30,242 bases of DNA from Octopus sinensis (Eukaryota), in contig NW_021832352.1 of NCBI RefSeq assembly GCF_006345805.1, positions 1 to 30,242 on the forward strand. The letters are read 5' to 3'. The translations under genes were made by a program, and so were the position numbers. Of this stretch, positions 23,293-30,242 are shown piece by piece. Each line of letters starts with the position of its first letter. The first letter of the stretch is position 1. The notes under the pieces were generated by a model. It was not told where the DNA came from. It searched no databases and saw only the letters and a program-made list of their open reading frames with translations.

Positions 23293-24742
23293 ATGTTATG
23301 TTGGCAGCCAGAAAATCTATTTGACTGTAAGTTGTGGGTCCGTAAAGACACACCAGATAGTTTTGATGTTACAATGGGAAGCTCTGATTCAGAACAAATA
23401 GCTGATTTAGTCTGTATATACATACTTTTTGAAATGGCTGAACAGTTCCCTAACATTAATGGAGGTCTATATCATGATGATTGTTTACTTTACCTTCAAA
23501 ATGTTTCCAAACAAAAGGTACAAAATGTTAAGAATAGTTTAGTTAAATTTTTCCGTAGAATGGGCTTAAGCATCGTTTTTGGTGATCATATGACGAAGGC
23601 CAACTTTTTAGATATTACGCTTAACTTACACAATAACTCTTACTTCGCATATCATAAACCATTGACCAATCTTAAGTACATTAGCAAATTTAGTAATCAT
23701 TTTAGGGCGACTACTAGAAACTTAGTTAAGAATATTTCATTATCTAAGTTATCTGCTAATGTTGACATTTTCAATGATAACGCTGAATTTTATAACTCTG
23801 CCTTACTTAAAGCAGGTTATACAGAGAAAATGTTCTACATTGATTCTATTCATTCTTATTCTAACTTCAATAATCTAGATATAAAATTTAGCTGTAAAGG
23901 AATTAGCGATAACAAATTTAATCTATGCACCGATATAAAACGGAGGAAGGGAGATAACCCTTATTCAATCCCCTATTATCATTCTAAAGGTAAAGTTAAG
24001 GCTTTCAAAAATAATTACATTAAAAATAAGAGAAATTGTAGTAAAAATGTTTGGCTCATTATTCCATATGGGAGGCAACTTAAATCTTATCGCTCATTGC
24101 AGTTTTGTGAAGCTATTATTAGGAATTTTCCAAAGAATTCTAGGTTTTACTCTATTATCAACTCACATACTGGTTAGGACTGGTTTTTCCAACACAAAAA
24201 CTCTCTTACAAATTATCTCTTCATATAATAACAACCTGTTCAATATTAATACATTTACTAATACTAACATTAATTTAGCTAATACCATCCATCCCTCTAG
24301 ACATATTAATAACAAAGTAATTGTATCTGAAGCCAATTCCAACAGAATTAAGTTTGTCAAGTAACTCTAAAATTAAAAATTCTATATACCAGTTTAAAAT
24401 CATTACTCATAATAACGTACGGTTTTACATTGGAAGCACGTCGTTACAGTTATCTAAAAGAATTTTTGTCCATTACTCAACATTTAGGGATAGGAATAAA
24501 CGTAACAGTACAGGGCTCAGTAAATTAATTTGGGATCTAAAAGACCACAATTGACAATTTAATTCAGAATGGTTGATTCTCTCAATCTCGATACCTTATG
24601 ACAAAGCAAGGAATTCTGTCTTCTCTGTAATTCTGAACTATTTTTCATTATTTTTTCTAAAAATCCCCTAGTAAACATGGTTATAGAGCGTGCATACCAA
24701 TGTAAACATTGGCAAAAACATACCTTTAGTTCATATAAATAA
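23293..24742 (+). pseudogene. PLE reverse transcriptase + GIY-YIG endonuclease, disrupted
   Basis: RT motifs FDVTMGS, GLYHDD, NFLDITLNL and YISKFSNH. EN motifs SIYQF...FYIGST, TGLSKLIWDLK, then LLCNSE and CKH (part of a CCHH-type motif). Probable stop TAA at 24740-24742. Several stops and frameshifts. Confidence 0.85.
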
Positions 24743-24946
24743 TCTCTATCATTATATATAATTTAACATTAATTTTCTTCTTATATTTAACATTCATTAA
24801 AAAGTATCCCTCCTCTTTCTATAGACTACTTCTGATGTTATATCATATAATGTTTATTGAAACAATATTAATGGCGTTCAGAAAATCACTATACATATCC
24901 ATCATTTTCTGTTAAGATATCTTATTGACGAGTTTCATTTCTTCAG

Positions 24947-25031
24947 TTCCCTGAAGAGAAGATTACACTGTTTTACACAAATTTATTCCTTTAGAATAAT
25001 ATCAGTGATATCTTCGAAACATGTGTCAGAA
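24947..25031 (+). ncRNA. Type I hammerhead ribozyme motif in PLE 3' region (GUC site)
   Basis: TTCC-CTGAAGA (24951-24957). Helix II GAAGAT-TA-CACTG/CAGTG-AT-ATCTTC. GAAAC-ATGT-GTC-AGAA. Helix I is weak, with a C-A mismatch then 3 bp. Confidence 0.75.
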
Positions 25032-25159
25032 GTAAAAGTATTTGAATTATACTTGCTTTAAACTCCATTTATTTATTTATATATTATACAAAAAAATTCC
25101 ACGCAAACCCGAAGTTTCTACCTGTAAAATCAAGGAGTTACAACCTATTGTGTTATCGC

Positions 25160-25326
25160 TTGATAACAGGTGCTGGTGTGTTTATGTCCTCGTAACTTAG
25201 CGGTTCGGCAAATGACCAATAGAATAAGTACTAGGCTTACAAAGAATAAGTCATGGGGTCGATTTCATTGACTAAATGCAGGGCACCAGCATAGTCGCAG
25301 TCAAATGGCTGAAACAAGTAAAAGAG
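25160..25326 (+). mobile_element. SINE 3' portion (no tRNA-like head seen), Octopus-type from memory
   Basis: GTAACTTAGCGGTTCGGC...GAATAAGTACTAGGCTTAC...GGGGTCGAT...CCAGCAT...GCTGAAACAAGTAAAAG. The tail matches the 3' end of the CR1-like LINE in this window at 22 of 31 nt. Confidence 0.7.
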
Positions 25327-25339
25327 TATAGAGAAAGAG

Positions 25340-25379
<40 letters not shown>

Positions 25380-25666
25380 TGCATATATATATATATATAT
25401 ACATGCTAGTAGAGATACCTGGTGTTACCAGGACCCTGTGTTTGGGAACTAAGTTTGTTACCACACAGCCACACCTGCACCTCTGTATAGGTGTGTGTGC
25501 ATGCGTGTGTGTATGTGTGTATAGATGTATGCATGTATATATGTGTGTATATATGTGTACATATTACATGTACATATATATAAATATATATACATCTACA
25601 CGTATACATATACATGTATACATATACATGTATACATATATTATCTCTCTCTCTCTCTCTCTCTCT

Positions 25667-25704
<38 letters not shown>
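25340..25704. repeat. Mixed (TA)n/(TG)n/(CT)n low-complexity tract with a short unique stretch
   Basis: Direct reading. Confidence 0.9.
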
Positions 25705-25707
<3 letters not shown>

Positions 25708-25982
25708 TAAAAACGGTAAGATAACTAAAGAAAGAAAGAGACCTCAATATTATATAAATAGAGGAAATTTATCTATAAAATAATATGTTACAAATACTCA
25801 ATAGTCAAGATAAAACTCTGAGTTTTTGGGACATAATATAGAAAGCAAGTTCTATCTGTTTTCTTTAGGGGACGAAAAACGTAACAAAAATTGTCACATT
25901 TGGGCATAATCCGAAAAGTTCTGTCCTTGAGTTTAGACATGTAGTAGGGTCTAAGCTGCTTTTCCAGATAATCCATCTCTTA
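25705..25982. other. Unclassified non-coding island between a TA tract and the truncated LINE 3' end
   Basis: Same setting as the HHR islands, but no complete HHR core found on either strand. Confidence 0.3.
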
Positions 25983-25990
25983 GAGCTACA

Positions 25991-28850
25991 CTAATATGTG
26001 AATCCACCTCTGATACGTGGCACTTGATCAACAAGGGAGTTCGATGCCGTTGCCTGCATCTGTGTCTCCTGTCGTGAGGTAGGTTCATCTGGGACCCCCG
26101 ACAAGAAGAGATCCAGTTCAGTTTTAAAGAAACCCACATCCACACCATGTAAGTCTCTCAGGCATTTAGGGAGGATGTTAAAGAGCTGTGGCCCTCTGAA
26201 ACCCAAGCTGTTGCAGTATCTGGACCTGTATTTTGATGGTGATGTTGGAATCTTTGGCACCATGTAGTAGCGCCCCGTTCTGCGGTTGGGGTAACTTCGA
26301 ATGCCAAAGTTTGGGACAAGACCCTCCAGGATTTTTCAGATGTATATCACCGCATATCTCTCCCACCTCCGCTCTAGGGAGAAGAGGTTTAATACTTTCA
26401 GTCTTTCCCAGTAGCTGATATGTTGCATTGAGACGATCTTCTTTGTGTAGCTTCTTTGAATTGCTTCAAGTTCTGCTGTTAGCTTTATATTGTGTGGTGA
26501 CCATAGTTGGGAGCAATAGTCCAAGCGGCTGAGGACGAATGTTTTCCAGAGGACCATCAGTGTCTCCTTCTCTCTTGTTCTGAAAGTTCGGAGAATCCAT
26601 CCAGCTAGCCGTCTGCATTTTATCACCAGATTAGTAATATGCACTTAGAAAGATGCGTCATTGCTCATGTCAATGCCCAGGTCACGCACTGATTTTGACT
26701 CAGGGATTGCAATTCTTCCTGGGCCAGTGTATCCAGTTTGCATGTCGTTTACCTTTGTGCGCCGGTAGCGCAGGGCCTGGAACTTACCTGCATTAAACTG
26801 CATGTTGTTGTCCTCAGCCCACCGGTTTATTGTATCCAACTCCTGTTGCAGTTGCGCAATATTTTCAGGGTTTTGTATTGTGTGGGAGACTTTTGTGTCA
26901 TCTGCATAGCTAGCAAGGGTGGCCATCGTAGCAACTGAAGGCATGTCTGAAAGGGCCACTACGAACAGCAGTGGCTCCAAGACAGTGCCCCGTGGAACAC
27001 CGCTTGTTATTTGTGTTTCCTTGGAGGTGGCTCAATTGCTCACAACTGCCTGTCTTCTGTCTTTTAGGAAGATGTACAGCCACTCTCCAAGTTTTCCACC
27101 TATGCCGAGATCACGCAGTTTGTGACAGATCATACTGTGATCGACTTTATCAAAGGCTTTTGCAAAGTCGTGATATATTACATCCAGATTTGAGCCATTT
27201 AGTAGCTGTTTTAACACCCAGTCATAGAGTTGCAGGAAATGTGTTAGGCAGCTTCTACCTGGTCGAAATCCATGCTGGGTGTCAGACAGCAAGTCATTTT
27301 CTTCAAGAAACATGATTAGTTTCTTGCGGACTATTCGTTCCATGACTTTGCTGATGTGTGAGGTCAGAGAGATAGGCCTATAATTTTTAGCATCTGCTCT
27401 GCTACCTCCCTTATGGATAGGGCATATTACCCCCTCTTTCAATTTGACTGGGAGCTTACTACTTGCAAGAAAGCTCTGAAAAAGAAACTGTAGCGGTTTT
27501 GCAAGAGCTCGCTTGCACGATTTTAGAAGGATCGCTGGAATCCATCAGGTCCAGCAGCTGAGTTTGTGTCAATCTCATCTATGGTCAGTGTGATATCATC
27601 ATCTTCAATGTTGATGTACTCAATTTTTGTCTCTTTGGCCGGAGTTAAAGTGGCAAAGAATTCTTCTGGGTTGTTTACTTGCCTGTCCTAGAGGTGTAGT
27701 GAACACATTTTGGAAGTGTGCGTTCAGTATTTCACTTATCCTCGTGGGATTTTCTGTGAGAGAGTCATCTTTTTGGAAGAGAAGTCCTATTCTCTGGTGC
27801 GCTGTGGCTGTCTCTTTGGCAAACTTAAAGAAAGCTTTAGGGTTTGACTTTATATTTTCTATTACCCAAGCTTCTTTATCTGCTCTTTCCTTTTCATGGG
27901 ACTGATGTAGACTTTTCTCAGTTTCCATTAGCATTCTTTCGAGCCGAGACTTCTCACCACTTTTGGTGTGCTTGCTCAGGCGGTTTGCAATCCTTGTCCG
28001 TCGTCTCATAAGAATCCTCCTTTCTCTAGGGATCCTGTTTTTGTTCTTGTGTGTGCTGGCCCTGCACACTGGGACATATTTGTCACATATGGCTTGTATT
28101 ACGGACATGAAGTGTTTGTGTTTCATGTTTATGTCCGGTGTGGAGAGACATTCAGGCCAATCCTGTTTGAGGATCTCTTTCTCAATCAACTTCCAGTTGG
28201 CTTTATGAAAGTTTAAGTTGGAGAGATGGTGGGTGCTTCGTATAGGCTGTGTGTCTGTGGGGGCTTTTGTTCCATACATATACAGCTCTATTATGTTGTG
28301 ATCCGAGATCATTGTCGGCATCACTTTAACATTATGGATAATATCCATATTGTTTGTGAAGCAGAGATCCAGTATATTATCTGCCCTTGTTGGTTGCAGA
28401 ACTATTTGCTCCATGAAAGAGGCATTTGTGAGATGGAGCAGGGACTCCACCTGTGCCTGCTGATGGTGTGTCATCCCTGGGAGCATCTGCCCCCCAAGCC
28501 ATTCCACATTGGGGAGGTTAAAGTCACCCATGAAGAAAACACTGTTGTGCTGTTCAAGGTTGGTGAGGACTTCTCCTATTTTTGTTAGGCAGTCTTCAAA
28601 CATGCCTGAGTGTTTTGGGGCATCTGGTGGGCGATATGTAGTGCATATGACGATATTCAGTAGTCTTATGTGTACAATTTGAGTTTCACATACTGAGTTT
28701 GAATATGACAGCAGGACCTGGGGCGTGAGGTCATCTCGGATGTACATTGCAACTCCACCATGGCTCCTCCCTTTTCTATCTGTGCGTTGACTGCATATTT
28801 CTTTTTACAGTTTCCGGCGCAGCAGCCCTCTTACATTCAGTAGAAATATT
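25991..28850 (-). pseudogene. LINE ORF2: APE endonuclease + reverse transcriptase, disrupted
   Basis: Motifs FLLNVRGL, TTYRPPD, FMGDFNLP, ILDLCFT, ISDHNII, NYRPISLTS, HDFAKAFDKV and ASYADDTKV. Several stops and frameshifts, and an apparent deletion just after the LNVRGL motif. Confidence 0.93.
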
Positions 28851-29013
28851 TTTGTGGTGTGTGTGTTGGTGTTGGTGTCTGTGGTGGCCATCCTGCATCT
28901 GTTGGAGGTGGCCTTATGTGGTGGTAGTTCCAGCTTTGTGCTTGTAGCCAGGTCAGCTGCTGAACAATTTTGTGCCATGCACAAAAAAGATTGCTGTTCA
29001 GCTGCCACCCTTC

Positions 29014-29730
29014 TCACATCTGGGTGAGCTGGCCACTGTTGGGTTTCCGCGCACCACATCTGACATACCGTCTTTCAGTAGTGGTCAGTGCGCTTTTTTC
29101 CCTTCTTTTAACTTTTTCTTTTTGGTTTGTTCTCCTGAGGGAGGGACCTCTGTCTCGCGTCCGTGCGGTTTTGGTAGGGCCTCGATGTGCAAAGCGACAG
29201 TTTGCACCTTCGACGCCGTACCAGCAGTACCCCTCAGGTAGAATTTGCAGGTGTTTCTTTCCCTGCCTTACAGTTTTGCTGGGGTCCCTCTGCTTTCTCT
29301 GGACAGGGCTTCCTTTAGCCCTGATTCTGTCACCCTTTACCTCCTGCTTCCCATCAATTCCAGGGTGCCTTTCCTTTCTTGCGGCCATCGCACCTCTTTG
29401 GTCTTCAGTTGTGGTGTTGGAAGCTGGACATGTGTCATCGTTTCCCCGCGTTCCAGGCTTCTCCGTTTGGTTCTGGATGCTTTCTTCATCCCTTTGGCCC
29501 TCCCTGGTGCCGTCACCTCCCAGGATGATGTCCAGGGTGTCCACATGTTGCCTGATTAGAGCGTACGAACGGATAAATTCTCTCTTCCTTCGCTCTATCT
29601 GCGCGGTGGTTCTCGAAATATTGTTGCTTTTCAGCGCCGCAGCAATAATATTGTTCGGCGAGTCGTCCTCAGCAATCCTCCAAGCGCGGACAAACAATTG
29701 CACCTCTCTCGCAGACCAGTTTCTTGCCAT
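29014..29730 (-). CDS. LINE ORF1 (238 aa, probably with internal frameshifts): Myb/SANT-like N-terminus, CCCH-type finger
   Basis: ATG-initiated ORF directly upstream of ORF2. Contains WSAREVQLFVRAW...IAAAL...RTTAQIERR and CWYGVEGANCRFAH. Confidence 0.7.
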   Translation of the reverse strand: MARNWSAREVQLFVRAWRIAEDDSPNNIIAAALKSNNISRTTAQIERRKREFIRSYALIRQHVDTLDIILGGDGTREGQRDEESIQNQTEKPGTRGNDDTCPASNTTTEDQRGAMAARKERHPGIDGKQEVKGDRIRAKGSPVQRKQRDPSKTVRQGKKHLQILPEGYCWYGVEGANCRFAHRGPTKTARTRDRGPSLRRTNQKEKVKRREKSALTTTERRYVRCGARKPNSGQLTQM

Positions 29731-29744
29731 TTTCTTCTAGTGAA

Positions 29745-30242
29745 ATATAGGAACAGAGAGAGGGATAGAGAAGGTAAGATAAGATGGAGAGGGAGAAGAG
29801 AAAGGAGAAAAGCCAGGGGGGGATAGAGAGAGAGACGAGGGGATCGTCCTGAGAGAAGAGAGAAAGAGAGAAAATAAGAGGGAAAAAAGAGAAAGGAGAA
29901 ATAATGGCAGGTCAGCAGGGGGAGAGTGAGCGGGATAGAGGTGTAGTAGAAAGAGACAGGGTGGAAAAGTTGAGACAAGAGGGTGGACCCTAGGGGGAAC
30001 AGGGAGAAGAAAGGCGGAGAGATAAAATGGAGAGGAAGAGAGAGAGAGATGAAATGGAGAGGGAGAGAGAGAGAGGGCAGGATAGAGGTACCAGGGAGTG
30101 AAGTAAAGGGACAGAGAGGGTGGTGTGGAGGAAGGAGACGGAGAGAGGAAAAAAGAGACAAGGGGAGGTGAGCCTTAGAGGGAGCAGGGAGAGGAAAGGT
30201 AGGAAGAAAAAAGGGGAAGAGGGGGAGAGAGGGCGCAACAGA
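29745..30242. repeat. GA-rich purine tract (pyrimidine-rich on the LINE sense strand), possibly LINE 5' UTR or flank
   Basis: Direct reading; almost no pyrimidines on plus. Confidence 0.8.

Larger units (their letters stand above)
23230..25085 (+). mobile_element. Penelope-like element (RT with C-terminal GIY-YIG endonuclease), 5'-truncated and decayed
   Basis: RT, then EN, then an AT-rich 3' region containing an HHR. Boundaries are approximate. Confidence 0.85.
25983..29740 (-). mobile_element. CR1/L2-group LINE, near full length (ORF1 + ORF2), lacking the terminal ~70 bp seen in the 5771 copy
   Basis: ORF1 29730-29014 and ORF2 about 28850-25991. Homology to the 5771-6762 copy stops at GAGCTACAC (25983). 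Confidence 0.93.

Noticed and set aside
24832-24863. Second hammerhead in the PLE 3' region (CTGATGT...GAAAC)
   Set aside because: The core is wrong at A9 and there is no convincing helix II, helix III or cleavage triplet.
24922-24947. Minus-strand CTGAAGA-AAT-GAAAC-TC-GTC next to the PLE hammerhead
   Set aside because: There is no room for helix II and no helix I pairing; probably a by-product of the local CTTCAG/CTGAAG palindrome.
17544-25123. 13-nt match GAAGTTTCTACCT at 17544 and 25111
   Set aside because: Too short and has no flanking homology.
1028-25783. Dozens of Y/I/M/C/H/T-rich ORFs
   Set aside because: These are translations of TA microsatellite, which lacks stop codons in most frames; they are not genes.
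25705-25982. Another HHR island
   Set aside because: No CTGANGA plus GAAAC combination on either strand, so it is left unclassified.
17665-28850. Bacterial retron, group II intron or DGR interpretation of the RTs
   Set aside because: Domain order and motifs (APE-RT, RT-GIY-YIG), simple-repeat tails and context all fit eukaryotic LINEs and PLEs.
291-30238. Antisense and overlapping ORFs over the LINEs and the GA-rich tract (e.g. 291..614, 18371..18796, 28970..29740, 29631..30161)
   Set aside because: These are shadow ORFs of retroelement coding strands or low-complexity sequence, with no independent motifs.

Overview
Eukaryotic, repeat-only DNA with no supportable host gene. The SINE and RTE 3' tails resemble Octopus repeats as I recall them, so the species call is an inference. 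About 8 kb is (TA)n/(TATACA)-type microsatellite, interrupted by many retroelement insertions. These include three CR1/L2-group LINE pieces (one nearly full length, 25983-29740), a decayed near-complete RTE LINE (about 17650-21330) plus an inverted RTE 3' fragment, a decayed Penelope-like element (RT + GIY-YIG, about 23230-25085), a SINE 3' part, a mariner-like end and a 10.4-copy ~465-bp satellite. The notable signal lies in the short non-coding islands between the TA tracts. Nearly all carry a minimal type I hammerhead ribozyme (HHR) motif: CUGANGA, helix II, GAAAC, palindromic helix III, GUH. I found 8 motifs with a complete core and 4 degenerate or variant ones, plus one 3' half, in about 8 families that share no evident similarity outside the motif. 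Several form 485-580 nt circularly permuted tandem units, often arranged head-to-head with both 3' ends pointing out into the flanks. This looks like a set of non-autonomous, ribozyme-bearing Penelope-derived or retrozyme-like elements that favour TA microsatellites. All folds and alignments were done by eye and none has been tested.
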